A stretch of 64,000 bases of DNA, from assembly GCA_004431415.1 (NCBI GenBank), contig QPMI01000560.1, positions 484,758-548,757 of the forward strand. Direction: 5' to 3'. A program made the translations under genes and the position numbers. This DNA comes from Cyanophora paradoxa CCMP329 (taxonomy: Eukaryota > Plantae > Glaucophyta). The notes beneath the pieces were generated by a model that was not told where the DNA came from, did no database searches, and saw nothing but the letters and a program-made list of their open reading frames with translations. Of this stretch, positions 1 through 12,648 are shown piece by piece (the stretch's first letter is position 1; each line of letters starts with the position of its first letter).

Positions 1-197
1 TGCTTCTTCTGCTCGCCTGCCCCCCTCGCGATCGCCGCCTCCTCGCGCCCCTGGCCTCCCTCGAGCCAGTGCCCCCCTCTTGCCGCATTCCACCGGAAGC
101 GATCCCCCCGACCGATGTCAGAGCGGGCGGGCAGCGGCGAAGGTGGATCCTGTGGGTTGCTTTGGGACAAGAAAGGTACACCGCGCGGGGCCCGATC

Positions 198-872
198 TCA
201 GGCGTTGTACATGCGGATGAGCTGCTCGACGGGGCCCTCGCAAATGGGGCAGCGGGCCAGCCCCGGCGCGCAGAAGCCGCACAGGCACGCGTGCCCTGCG
301 CAGCGGAGCAGCGGTTAGGGAAGTGCGGGGAGTACAGCGAGGGCGGGGCGGGCGCACCGCAGGGGACGACCATGATGGAGGCGGCGGCGTACCCGCACGC
401 CTTGCAGGCCGTCACCGGCGGCATGTAGCGCTGGCCCGCCGAGCCGGTCGACGCGAGGGGCGCCGCCGCCGAGCCGGCGCCGCCGCTGCCGACCGAGAGC
501 GAGCGCATGAAGGCGAGGGCCTGCTGGCCCTGCTGCCCCGCCTGCGCCTGGCTCTGCGCCGCCGCCGCCGCCGCTGCTGCCGCCGCCGCTGCTGCCTGCG
601 CCTGCGCCTGCGCCTGTGCCTGTGCCTGCTGATGCTGCTGCTGCTGCTGTAGCATGGCCGCGGCCGCGGCGGCGGCAGCGGCGGCGGCGCTCTGCTGGGC
701 GTGGGAGGCGTGGTGGGGCGAGGCGCCCTGCTGGGCGGCCTGGCCGGCCTTGTCCGCGCTGGCGCCGAGGTAGAGCATGTCGAGCAGCGTTGCCACGCCC
801 GGCACGCCCTGCGCCGCCCCGTAGCCGGCCGTCAGGTCCCGCACCAGCGCCTCCAGCGAGCCCGCGCCGCCC

Positions 873-905
<33 letters not shown>

Positions 906-2813
906 GCCTGCTGCTCGCTCGCGCCGGCGCCGGCGGCGCGACGGGCGCCGCCGCCGTCGACCTCGCTGCCGGGCTCGTCCTCCTCGTCGGTGTAGCCCTC
1001 GTCCTCGGCCAGCCCGGAGGCGTCGCCGGGACGTGCTCGCGGTGCTGCCGCCGCGCGCTCCGCCGCCGCCGCGGCTTCGCCTCGCCCTCGCCCGCACGTC
1101 CTCGTAGTCGTCGTCCCCCGCCGCCGCCGCCGCCTCGGCCGGCGAGCCGCCCTCGAGCACCCGGACGCGCTCCCGGAGCGCGCGGACCTCCCGCCGCAGC
1201 GCCCGGTTCTCGTCGAGCAGCTCCCCGTTCTGCGCCCGCAGCAGCTCGAGCTCGCTGAGCTCCTCGCCGCCGCCTTCGCCGCCGCCGCCGTCGCCGCCGT
1301 CGCCGCTCGCCCCGTAGTCCTCGTCCGCCCCGGGCTCGTACTCCATCCCTCCCCCCGCCTCCTCCTCCGCCCAGTCCTCGGGGGTCGACCCCGGACCCGT
1401 CGCGGATTCCACCTCGCCCGCCGCCGCCGCCGCCGCTGCTGCCGCCGCGCTGCTGCCGGCCGCCGCCGGCGCGCCTGCCGCCGCCGCGCCCGCGCCGGAC
1501 GCCGCACCGCTGCCGCTTGCCGGCGCTGCCGGCGCCTGCTGGGCCGCCCTGCTCTTGGCCACGACGCTCGAGTAGCTGACCCCCGCGGTGACGGGCACAG
1601 CGGGGGGCACGGGGGCCGGGGGGGGCGGCCTGCCCTCTGCGGCGGCAAAGCGGTGCGTGAGCTTGTGGCGAAAGGGGGAGGACAGGCGGCGGCGGACCGG
1701 GCGCGGGGGCGGGGAGCGGGTCGCCGCTCGTGGGGGAGAGGACGCGGTCCTTCACGAAGTCGGCGAGGAGGCCGTTCACGTTGCCGATGGAGCCCGGCGA
1801 GCCCTTCATCAGCCGCGACTCCAGCCGCGTCAGCACCCGCATCGAGTCCGCCTCGCTCAGCGTCCTGCCGCCCGGCCCGGTTCGCCCCCGGCCGGGGTGC
1901 AACCGCGCCGGCCGCGCGGCACGCACCGCAGCGCCTCAACCGATTGTGCGGTCAAGTACAAAACCTTCCCGTATGCTGGGTAGACCTTGCCCTCGAGCCT
2001 GTCGAGCTGCTGCTCGACTGACAGGCCGAGGCGTCCACGCACGATCGTCTTCCCGTTCACGGTCTCTGCGAGCAGGCACGGGGCGAACGAAGCGCGTAAG
2101 GCGAAGAGCACGCTCCGAGCGCACGGGAGCCCAACTGTCACGCACCGAAGAAGCTCCTGAAGAGTGCCTGCACGTTGTCGACTTCCGCAGCGTTAGGGTC
2201 GTCCAGCCGCCGGAACAGGGTCCGCAACGCGTGCACGGCCGCTCGTGCATCCGTAGCCCTGAGCGATCGCGCGATACGTCGCGAGTTAGCCGCCGGAGTG
2301 ACGCGCGGGTCAGCCGCCAACGCACTTGATGGCAGCGATCCGCTCTGGATCGAGAACGAGCCGCGCGTGGAGATTGCGAAACTTGCGCCCCATTGCACCA
2401 CGCAGCTCCGCAGCGAGCTCCGGGTGGAGCAGTCGGATCTCTGCATTCCCACTTAGGCACGCGAAGGGTGCTGGGCGTCTGGTCGCACCCTCGAAGTTCG
2501 TCAGCAGGCTCATGGCGAAGCGGTTCACGTCCCTGTTGGTGATGGCACCATCCTCACCCGTTCCCCTCGCCGCTTCCACATAGCGTGCCAGCGCCTTCAG
2601 AAACGCATCGGTCTCCTCGGGCCGCAGCCCCGACTTCCGCGATCTGCATCAAACCGATCGCAGCGTCATGCGTACATCCCGGTCTGACGATGCGTCCGGC
2701 ACCCCCAGAATGGCTCACCGCAGCGCGTCCTCGGCGCGTTGGTCGAACGTAAAGTTACGCGGCACGCGAGAGGAGGCTTCTTTGAGCCTTCGCTCGACCA
2801 CCCTCACGTCCAT
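198..2813 (-). CDS. Multi-exon protein with C-terminal C3HC4 RING finger and Q/A-rich low-complexity middle (putative E3 ligase)
   Basis: Spliced C-terminus CKACGYAAASIMVVPCG|HACLCGFCAPGLARCPICEGPVEQLIRMYNA* (stop 198-200). Upstream exons (MDVRVVERRLKEASS..., ...LSELELLRAQNGELLDENR coiled coil) joined by short introns. Start tentative. Confidence 0.75.
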
Positions 2814-3080
2814 CGTGCCAGACGCGCTAGGCTGCGCGACGACCGAAACTGCGTCGAGTAGCCGGCCTCGGGGGGTACGCCGTCCTAGGAGTTCGCGCGG
2901 TGGGTCGTTCGGACATGCGCATATGCATGCATATGCAAGCACCTCTCACGATATCGACTACGCTTAGACGGCAAGGGGGGCCAGCCCGGCCGCGGCAGAG
3001 GCATCAGGCGGGAGCAGCAGCAGATCGGACAAGCCTGAACTCAGGGACGCATCGAGGCGGGCAGTGCTCTAAGCCGAACG

Positions 3081-6000
3081 CTATTCATGATTCGGCGCCG
3101 CCGGGGCCGCGGCTGCCGCAGCGGCGGCGCGGGTGCGGCGCTGGAGGGCGCGCAGCTCGGCCGCGTACTGCGCGTCCGCGTACATCGAGAAGAAGGCGGC
3201 GCCCTGCACGGGGCAGCGTCGGGCCCTCCGGGGCGGAGGGCGGGCGGGGGCGGGGTACAGGCGCGCACGCGGTGGAGCTGGGGGACGGCCGTGTCCGGGC
3301 GGCGCGGGAAGTACTGCCACGTCCACTCTGCGGGGGGCGGGCGGACGGGCGGGTGAGCCCGAGGAACGTCCACGCGGGGGCCGGGGGGCGGGGACCGTCG
3401 CCGGGGTCGTGGTCGGGGAGGGCGCCGTAGAGGGCAACGTAGTCGAGCAGGAGCCGGTCCACCGCGTCCAGCGGCCGGTGCGGCGACCGCGGGTCGAACG
3501 CCGGCCGCCCCGCCTTCCCGGGTCCCCCCTCCTGCGGCGTCGGCCCCCGCGGCGGCGGCGGCGGCGCCCGCGCGAGGAGGAGGAGGAGGAGGAGGGACGG
3601 GGCCCGGGGCGGGCCGCTCGGCCGGCCGGTCGACGGAGGAGCGGAGGGAGCGCTGGGAGTCGGAGGGCGGGCGGGGACGCGCGCCCGGGGCCGGGGCGGC
3701 CGGCTCGGGCCCGGGAGGCTGCGCTGCGAGTCGGAGGCGGGGAGGGAGGAGGGGCGGCGGAGCGGGAGCTGCGCTGGGAGTCGGAGGCGGGGAGGGGCGC
3801 GCGGTGGGGCCCGGCGGGGGCGGGGCGGCGGGCCCGGGCTTGTGGGCGGGGAGTGGGGCGGGGAGCGGAGGGAGCGCTGGGAGAGGGAGGCCTCCTCGCC
3901 GGGGAGGACGCCGCCCTCCCGCAGGTCCCCGCGAAGTACGTCGGCCCGCGGTGCGCCAGCGCCGCCGGCACCGCCCGCCCTCCACCACGTACACGTTCGG
4001 GCCCTGCCGCCCCCGCCGCACCGGCGACCCCTTCCCCGGCGGCGACCCCACCGCCTGCCCGCCCGGCGGAGGCAGTGGGCCCGGGTGCGCCGCGGCCGCG
4101 CCGGGGGGCATGGAGGCGGCGGAGGCGGTGACGGAGGGCGGGGCGGAGGAGAGGGGCGTGCGGGGGCGGGAGGGGGGGGCGGAGGAGGGGTTGGAGGAGG
4201 GCCCCGAGGGCGGGTTCCGGGGCTTCTTGCGCGCCTGCGGGTCCAGGCTCGGGTCCAGCCGCGAGTCCACCCGCCGCTGCACCTGCTTGCTCTGGATCAG
4301 CGCGGGGCCGGGGGTCGCCGGGGAGGGACGGGAGAGCGCGCCTTGGACCAGTCGACCTTGCCGGGGGCCGGCTTCTGGGTCTTGCGGCGGAGGAAGTCCC
4401 GCGCCTTCCCCTCCTCGCTCCCCGCCCCCGACCCCGACTGCACCGAGTTGCTCCGCCCCAGCCCAGAGGGGCCCGCCCCCGGCCCTTCCTTCTCCTTCTC
4501 CCTCTCCTTCTCCCCGTCCTTCTCCTTCGCGGCGGCGCCGCGCCCCGCCTTCTTCGCACGCGTCGCCGGCGCCTGCGCCGTCTCCGCCGCCGAGGATGGA
4601 CCGCCGGCCTCCGCGGCCTCGTCGCCGGCGGCCCGCGCGGAGGGCGGCCCGGCGGCGCGGCCGGCGGCGCGGCTCTTCGCGCCGGCGGCGGGGCGGGTGC
4701 GGGCGGAGGGCGGGGCCGGCTGCTCCCCGTCGGCCTCGCCGTCCTCCCCGGCGCCGGCGCCGCCCGGCGCGCCGCCGCCTCGTCCTTGCGCGGCGTGGCC
4801 CGCGCCCGCGGCGTCGCCTTCCTCGCCGGAGCCGCCGGCCCGGCTTCCCCTCCCGCCCTCGCCGGCCGGCGCCGGGCCGGGGCCGGCTCGGCGTCCCGGC
4901 CGGCCACGCCCTCGCTCTCCTTCTCCTTCGCGGCCGCCGCCTCCCGCTCCTTGCGGCGCAGGAGGGCCGTGCGGGAGGCCTGCTTGCCGGCCGGGCGCTG
5001 CGCCTGCGGGGCCGTCCGTCGGCTGCGGGGCGGAGCGGGTGGAAGGGCGGGGCGGGGCGGGGGGCGCACGCGGCGGAGGAGGGACCAGGCGTCGGGGTTG
5101 CCGCGGAGGAGGGCGGCGAGGAGGGCGGCGAGCTCCTCCTTCTTGCGGGCGGCCTGCACGGGCAGCAGCTCCGCGAAGTCCCGCTCCGCCGCCGTCATGG
5201 GCGGCCGCGTCCCCGCCCGCGCCGCCCGCCGGTGCGCCGCCACGTCCGCCATCAGCCGCGCCACGTCCTGAGGGGGGGGGGTTCAGGGCGGGGCGGGCGG
5301 GGAGGGGGGAAGGGGAGAGCGCGCCTGGACCTGGTCGACGAGGGAGCGGACGGCCGGGGCGCGCAGCAGGCGCCGCACGCGGTAGCCCTGCAGCCCCGCC
5401 CGCAGCGCCTCCGCGCTGTGCGGCGAGAGCGCCTCCGGGCCAGCAGCGCCCCGGCGCCCCGCCCGAGCGCCGCGGGGGCGCACCCCGGCGAGGCGGCGGC
5501 GCCCCCGCGAGGGAGCGGCTCGAAGTGGCGGCGGAGGCCGGCGGGGAGACGACGGGGTCGCTGTTCCACGCGGGGCGGGCCGCCAGGGAGCGCGAGGAGG
5601 AGGACTGCGGGCCGCGCCCCGCCCCCGCCGCCTCGGCGCCCGCCTCCCCCAGGCTACCGTCCAGGCTCTCCATCCCGTCCGGCGCAGCGCGGATCGGCGA
5701 GAGGTTCGGGCTCCCGAGGGTCGGCGGCCGCCCGCCGTGGGCAGCGCGGGGCCGGGCGGCGGCGGCGAGGGGGGTGCGGGCGGCGGCGCGGGGGAGGTGC
5801 GGGGTGGCGAAGGGGGAGACGGCGGCGTCCTGGAAGCGGGAGCGGGAGGCGAGGAAGGAGGAGGAGAGGCGGGGGCTGGGGAGGGGCGCGGCCCCCGCCG
5901 GCTCGAGGAAGGAGTTGCGGAAGGTCTCCGCCGCCGCCGCCTTCTCGACGCCGACGAGGGAGCGGTAGTAGAGGAAGGCGGCGCGCTCCATGCTGCCCCG

Positions 6001-6419
6001 GTACCAGCTCTGCAGGATCGTGCTCGCGTGCCGCATGATCAGGAACCACTTCCTCCGGTGCGCCGCCAGGAACGCCCAGCCCGCCACCGCTGCCGGCCAT
6101 GTCAGGAATCGCCGCCGCGACCCGCGCTCTCCGACCGCGACCCGCGGCCGAACCTCGCGCTCGTATCCTCCGCCTGAGCCTGCGGCGAAGAAGGCACGCG
6201 CGCCAGGCGATCTGGATGGCCCGGGCGGCGTCGATGCGCTTCTGCCGCGTCCTCTCCTTGTTGTACCTGCGCGGGCGCGTCATCTGCTGCTCGATGGGCG
6301 CCGTAGCGGACTTCTTACACGTCGTTCATGAGCCGCTTCTGAAAGGCCTCCCGCTGGAGCCGCCTGACGCGCTCCTCCTGAGTCTCCTTGGCGGGCCTCT
6401 GCGACGAGGAGGCGTTCAT
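3081..6419 (-). CDS. IQ-motif (calmodulin-binding) protein, Pro/Ala-rich, possibly ciliary
   Basis: IQ-like motifs AARAIQIAWR, ASTILQSWYRG, ALRAGLQGYRVRR. Start MNASSSQRPAK at 6419; stop at 3081. Confidence 0.65.
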
Positions 6420-6790
6420 TTGCAGAATGATTGAATGCTCGAGTCTCTAGCTTAGCTATTCGCGTTTGCAGACGTGCGCGGCTCCCATCGGCGCTCGGCG
6501 AGACGTTAGCTACACGGCCGCCCGGCAAGTGGGGCGGGCATGGCGGCCTCGACTCGAGTGCATGGAGAACTATCGAGGCCGCGAGGGCAATTTGGAACGC
6601 CTGCTCAGGATTCGAATGCCCGGCGCACCGTTGCAAGGTGCGCCGCCTGCGACGTTCCACCGCCAACGGTAGGCGCTCCGGCCGAAGCCGAGGCGCCGTC
6701 CACGAGCGGCATCGCTCGTACGCGGTTGCGCCGCGACCGATGGAATTGCAGACTATACCCCCCTCGCCGAAGGCGAATTGCCCTCGCACG

Positions 6791-8144
6791 ATGCCTCCGA
6801 AGGGGCCGGCGCACCAGAACACGTGCGCAGCCGCACAGAGTGGTCTGCATGCGTGCGCTGACCGCTGCGGCAGGTTCGCCTTTCGGCACAACAAGAACTC
6901 CAAGAAGACCAAGCAGATCCTCGCCGCGCCGATCTATGGCGTATGCGGAAAGTGCGCAGCTGTAGCCGGCCCCAGCACTCGCGATCGCCGCTGACGCGCC
7001 GCAGATGCCACGAGCAGATCGAGTGGCGGAAGCAGTACCGCAAGTATAAGCCGCTGAAGGTGCGGCGCGTACGCGTTCCCCCGTAGCTAAAGCACCCCGC
7101 TCACGTGGCGCCTCGCGCAGTCGCCCGGCAAGTGGTGAGCTCGAGCTATGCGCCCCGGCGGCGCGTGGCTGGCGCCGCGTAGCTAATGCTGCCCGATCTT
7201 CAGCGTCGCATGTCATCAGCCGAAAGTGAGGGCCGGTGAGCTCCCCGCCGCCCGCGAGCCGCTTTTTGCCTAGAGGGACGGCGCCGAGCGAAGCAAGGCG
7301 GGACGCGACCCGGGCGCTGATCATGACGGCGGCGCGCAGCGTACCACCAGATGTGCGACGACTGTGCGAGGGCGAAGGGCGTGTGCGCGAAGTGCCTGCT
7401 GCCGAAGGAGGTGGCCCAGAAGTGCCAGGCAACGCCCGAGGAGGAGCAGCGCGAGCGCCAGGCCCTCGAGAACGGCATGCGCTTCCTCAAGGCGCGCGCC
7501 CCCCGGCCCGGCCCCCGCGGCTGCTCCGGAGCTGACGGCGGCGGGGCGGGCAGGAGCGGGAGCGGCGGACGATCCTGCGGAAGGCGGCCAAGGGCGAGGA
7601 CGTCGCGGACGAGATCGAGAAGAAGGCGGCGGCGCGGGAGGGCGAGGACGACGACGACTTCGACTTCGACGACGACGACGACGAAGACGATGATGATGAT
7701 GACGAGGACGAGGACGAGGAAGACGAGGAGGACGAGGAGGAGGCCAAGCCGCCGGCACGGGGCGGGGCGGCGGGCCGAGGGCAGCAGCAGCAGCAGCGGC
7801 GGCCGGGCAGCGCGGCGGCGGCGGGCGCGAAGGCGGGGGGACCGGCGGGCCAGGCCGCGAAGCCGGCGCCGCCGCCGTCTGGGCCGCCCCAGGGCAAGAA
7901 GGGCGCGAAGCCGGCCGAGGAGGAGGAGGAGGACGATGACGACGAAGAACTGGACGAGGAGGACGACGATGATGAGGACGACGAGGAGGAGGAGGACGAC
8001 GACGAAGAGGAGGAGGAGGAAGACGCGGCGGCAGCAAAGGCGAAGCCCAAGCTCTTCGGCGGGGGCAAGGGGGCGAAAGGCGCGGGCAAGGGCGGCGGCG
8101 GGCGGTTCGGGAGCGCAGGCGCGAAGCTCGCCACCAAGAAGTAG
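6791..8144 (+). CDS. C9orf85/DUF2039 family Zn-binding protein with acidic tail
   Basis: Spliced MPPKGPAHQNT|FAFRHNKNSKKTKQIL...GVCGKCHEQIEWRKQYRKYKPLK|SPGKC|VACHQPKVRA|AYHQMCDDCARAKGVCAKC matches the family pattern; long D/E tracts. Confidence 0.85.
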
Positions 8145-8444
8145 CTAGAGCGTTGTACCCCGATTTCAATGCGCAGTCGAGCACATTCGAATTCTCCATC
8201 CGAATCTCTCGTACCGATCGCGAGCCACGGCGCCGATATTCGATACGCCCAAGGTGCTGTGAACTCAATTCGAAGCCTTGAAGCAGAGGGGGCAACAAGG
8301 CGGTGCAGACTGGAGAGGTTGGGCAAGCAATGAAGGGAAAGGGACGGGGCCCTGTAACGGGGGAAACGGAGGGGGCGGACAGGAGGGGATGCGGGCGAGG
8401 TGGTTGGCGCCGGCGCGGGGCGGGCGACGGCGAAGGGGCGGGGG

Positions 8445-9371
8445 CTATCGCTTGAACATCTTGAAGGAGCCCGCACTGTCGAGCTTGTTCATCGAGTCCA
8501 CCGCCTGCAGCACCTGCCGGCCCGGCGGGGTCAGAGCGGCGGGGCGGGGCGGGGCCGCGCGGGGCGGGGCCGCGCGGGCGGGGCGGGGGGAGAGGGGCGT
8601 GCCTCCGCTACGTTCGTCTCCAAGACCATGCCGCCCATGATGATCTCGTCCAGCACGAAGTGCACCTGCGCCGCCGCCGCCGGCCCGCTCGCTCGCTCGC
8701 GCCGCCCCGGCGCGCCCGCGGCGCGCGGGGCGTGCGCGGACCTTTTCGCTGTGGAAAATCAGATCCAGCTCGCACACGTTCGCGAAGATCTTGTCAAGCG
8801 TCTCGACAAACACCTGCCGGCGCCCGCGCCCGTCAGCTCTCCTCGCGCTCCGCGGCGGGGCGGGCGCGGCGGGCGCGCCTGGATGAGATCGAGGATGCCG
8901 AGCTCGCTCTCGGCCGTGTCTACGAGGAAGATGAAGTAGAGGGTCGCGTAGTGCCGATACACGAGCTTCGTGTCCTTCCCGAAGTCCGTCCCGCCCGCGT
9001 CCTGTCCTATCTCCACGAAGTTGCACACGCGGTCTGAGCGCTTCGTAACGACGCTGTGGCACCACCGAATGACCGCCTGTTGTTCTGCGTCCGACTGCGC
9101 GAGAAGCGGTCGACCCTTCATGCGACGGCGGTGCGGCGGCCGGCGGGGATCACGCTCACTATTCGCTCGTAGAACTTCAGCACGCGCGGCTTTCCGTGGT
9201 TGTTTATGATGAGAATAGCTGCGGCGGCGAGAGATGTGCGTCAGCGACGCCGCGCTGGTCGTGCGCGGCGTACGCAGCGTCACCGCTAGTGCGCGGCGCA
9301 GGAATGCTGGCGCCGTGCGCGGCGGCGACGGCCGAGGCGGCACGGCGGGGTCGGGGCGCACCTTTGATCAT
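8445..9371 (-). CDS. AP3S: AP-3 adaptor complex sigma subunit
   Basis: MIKAILIINNHGKPRVLKFY...KLVYRHYATLYFIFLVDTAESELGILDLIQVFVETLDKIFANVCELDLIFH: sigma-3 signature. Confidence 0.92.
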
Positions 9372-9523
9372 CGCTGCCACCTATGTCCCACCGACCGCTG
9401 CGGTGTAGCTTCTAGTCTTGTTCTAGGCCCGTCTTCGCTCTCTCTTTGGTCCGGGCTGCTTTCTTCTCGCGCTCCTTCGAATTGTACCCCCCGAATTGAG
9501 CCTCGGACTCAGCCTCCATCATC

Positions 9524-10453
9524 ATGCCGGCCTTCTGCGCAACCGCGGTCGCTCCAGCGGCCCCCAGCCGGCCCGTATTGCTCTCGGCGTCGATCTCCGC
9601 GCACACGTTCAGGGGGCGGCCCGTGTTGCGGCCGCGGCCCGGCCTCCGCACGCTGGGCCCCGCGACGCACGCCGGCGTTAGCTTCTCGATCAGAGCGTCG
9701 TCCTCTTCGTCTGAAGAGCCGGTGAGCATCTGAATGCCGATGCCTGCCGTCGCCGCTGCGCAGCTCGCGGCCATGGGGGCAGCCTCCTCTGCTTGTCTGT
9801 CGAAACCAGCCGAATGCCCGTTTCTGATTTGACCGCGACCCTCGCAGTCAGCGTTGCCTGGCCTCCCCCCCGCGCAGCCTCTTCAGTATCACGGTGCGCG
9901 TGCCGCGGCACCGACGCCCAGAAAACGCCTACGCGTGGCCGATTCGCGGCGCAGAGAGCGAGCACATCAACACTGCGCCGAAGAAGACGCCGATCGCGTT
10001 CGTCGGCACTCAAAAAGTCAAGGTGCGTTTAACGTTTGTGAGCTGTTATCGTCCCCTCTCAATGCGCTCCTCTTCTTCGCCCTGACGCGCGGCTACGGCA
10101 GCTCATGTTCACGTGCAAGATCTGCGACACGCGCTCGAGCAAGATGGTGAATAGGCTCTCGCTGCAGCAGGGGATTTGTATCATCAAGTGCGACGGGTGC
10201 GACAAGCGCCACATCATGGCAGGTCTGTTCTTTGCGCGGCCACCTTGCAGCGTGCATTCCTCAAACCGCGCTCTCAGACAACCTTGGCTGGTACGGGGAC
10301 CGTCGGAGCTTCGAGCAGACGGGCCACGAGGCGGGCGGCGTTAGCAGGGTCAATGAGGAGGTCTATCGCCTGGAGGAGTTGCTTATGCTGGAGGCCGCCG
10401 CGCTGCGTGACTCTTCCATCGAAGGCGCCAACTTTCCCGAGGCCGACGAGTAG
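9524..10453 (+). CDS. zf-DNL (Zim17/Hep) Hsp70 escort protein with plastid-type transit peptide (HEP2-like)
   Basis: FTCKICDTRS...IIKCDGCDKRHIMADNLGWY. N-terminus MPAFCATAVAP... is S/A/R-rich with few acidic residues. Confidence 0.88.
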
Positions 10454-10957
10454 GCGGGGCACGCCCTCCGGAGTCTTTCTGCCGCCGGGCCGCGCGCCCG
10501 CTCGGCGCCTGCTGTACGCGTACGTATACTCTACCACGCGCCCGGCGGCTGTACTCTACCACGCATCTTGTAAAGGCGGCTTCCCCGCGTGTATCCCCCC
10601 TCCGTCGCGCGCGCTGTAGCGCCGTGGCGGCCATGTTGTATAGAGAGTTAGGCTCATTTAAGTAATTCAACAAGCTTAAGAGTGGCGATGGCCGGCCTGG
10701 CGAAGTAGTACGGAGCGCAACTGAGCACAAGCGGGTTTTGCTGACGTATAGCTATAGATCGGCTTGGTTGAGACTCACTTGAGAGGGACCAGGCCGGGCA
10801 AGCCGCCGATCAGCATGCGCAAGTCAAGCCGCTGGCTCGAGCTCGAGCCTGGAGCTCCAAGCCAGACCGAGCCCCAGGGAATTCAGGACGTCGACAAGCT
10901 TTGCTTAAGCGCTGTTCTATTGTTTAGCGTAGCACGCCGCATCAAGCCTTGAAGGCG

Positions 10958-12068
10958 ATGGAGCTGGGGAGCCTTTCCAGGGTCATCCACTTCCTGGCCG
11001 TCGGGCGCTTCTCCGACCGCACCATCTTGCTGCTCTGCACGACAGACGAGGAAGGCGAGCGCTCAATCGTTATGATCGCGCCGCGTTGGATGACGCGCCG
11101 CAGACGACAACCAGAGCCGCGCGAAGGCGCTCCAAATGCTGATGGGCGGCGGGCGCTTCAACACGGGCGGTCCGAAGATCGAGCCCTCGCGGTGCTTCCG
11201 TTGTCGTTAGCTGCATGGAACTGTGAGACTGACGTCCCGCCGTCGTGCAAGGTTCACTGTGATGGACTTCGAGGATGGTGCGGCGCCGGCGCGCGCGCGC
11301 GTGGTGCCGTTGACCAGCTCACCGGGTCCTCGCAGGGCTCCTGCACTACTACAGCGATGCCATATGCTTTTACGCGGCCGGCACATCGCCCAGCATGCCT
11401 TCCAAGCCGGCGTTCAAGCTCCTCAAGGAGCTCAAGGGCGCTCTCTCGGGGACGAACATGGCGCAGACGTCGGAGTTCGCGCTGCGGCCGCAGCTGCGCA
11501 ACGTGCGCGCGCTCATCGACAAGGTGCGCTTGCGCCTGCGCCCAATCGGATGCGGGGGGCGGCGAAGCTGAGCGCGCGGCTGCGCGTGCAGCACGAGAAG
11601 GGGGCGAAGCAGTGGGACTCGGCGACAGCAGCGCGGAGTAAGGGGATGGAGGAGCACCGCGTGGTGCGGGCCCGGCCCCCGCTCGCCGGCCGCGGCCGCG
11701 CGCAGACGTGCACGCACCCGTGACCGTGGCTCCAGGAGCGGGAGACGCTCCTGGCGCAGGAGCGGGAGATGAACTCGTGGCGGAGCTTCTTCAAGCGCGC
11801 CCCCGCCCCGCCGCGCCCCGCGCTGCGCTCCGTTCCGACGCCGAGGCCAACGCGGGGGCGGGGGCAGGTTCGACGGGATGCGGCAGCAGGGGATCTTCAG
11901 CGGGCTCAAGCTGGGCACCTGCTGCGCGGCCGTCTGCCTCTCCATCCTCGGCATCATCGCCCTCGTGCGCCCCGCCCGCCCCGCCGCGCCCATGCCACCG
12001 CCCCGCCCGCCGCCCACACATGCCACGCCCCGCGGCCGCAGATCATCGCCCTTAAGATCTTCCTGTGA
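10958..12068 (+). CDS. Longin-domain tail-anchored protein (VAMP7-like) with degenerate, short SNARE region
   Basis: IHFLAVGRFSDRTILL...LHYYSDAICFYAAGTSPSMPSKPAFKLLKELK fits a longin fold; C-terminal TM CCAAVCLSILGIIALIIALKIFL*. Confidence 0.7.
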
Positions 12069-12648
12069 CCCTGCCGCGGCCGTCCGCTCCCGCTCCCCTC
12101 ACCGGACCCCCGCCTTACCCGCGTCCCCTCCCCCACCCCCGCCCGCCTCTGAGACGTCCTCCCCCTGCCCGCCACTTCGCCCCCCACTGAGGCCAATCTC
12201 TCGAGCTCTGGCACATCCCGACCCCGCCCTCCCGCCACCCTACGTCTATCCATGATCATCAACGCTGGAGCTCAGCTCTCTTCCTCTTCCCGGCGTCCAG
12301 GCCACCCCGCCCCTCGAGTCCACTTTCCTCGCACCCCGTCGGCGCCCAAGCGCGCGCGCGGTGCGAATGCAGCGCAGCCGTGTGCATGTACCATGAATTT
12401 GTAAATGTTCTGAAAAAGAATTCAGTCCTAGTTGAATAAAAAAAATCAGAGCCCTAGTCCAATATCAATTCGCTACATATAAATTAAATCGTAGTACGTA
12501 CACTGGATCGGCTAAATACACTGTTGTGGTCTCTACTAGGGCTAGTGGAACTGACACGTAATGTACAGACTTCATTGTAATTATGAAAACTCGGAATGCA
12601 GGCAATGTACAGAGCTAAGGCTCGAGCAAGGGCGGCTGGGCCTCGTGC

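Noticed and set aside
10620-12640. tRNA/snRNA genes in the AT-richer spacers
   Set aside because: No cloverleaf, A/B boxes or Sm-site structure that I could support by eye.
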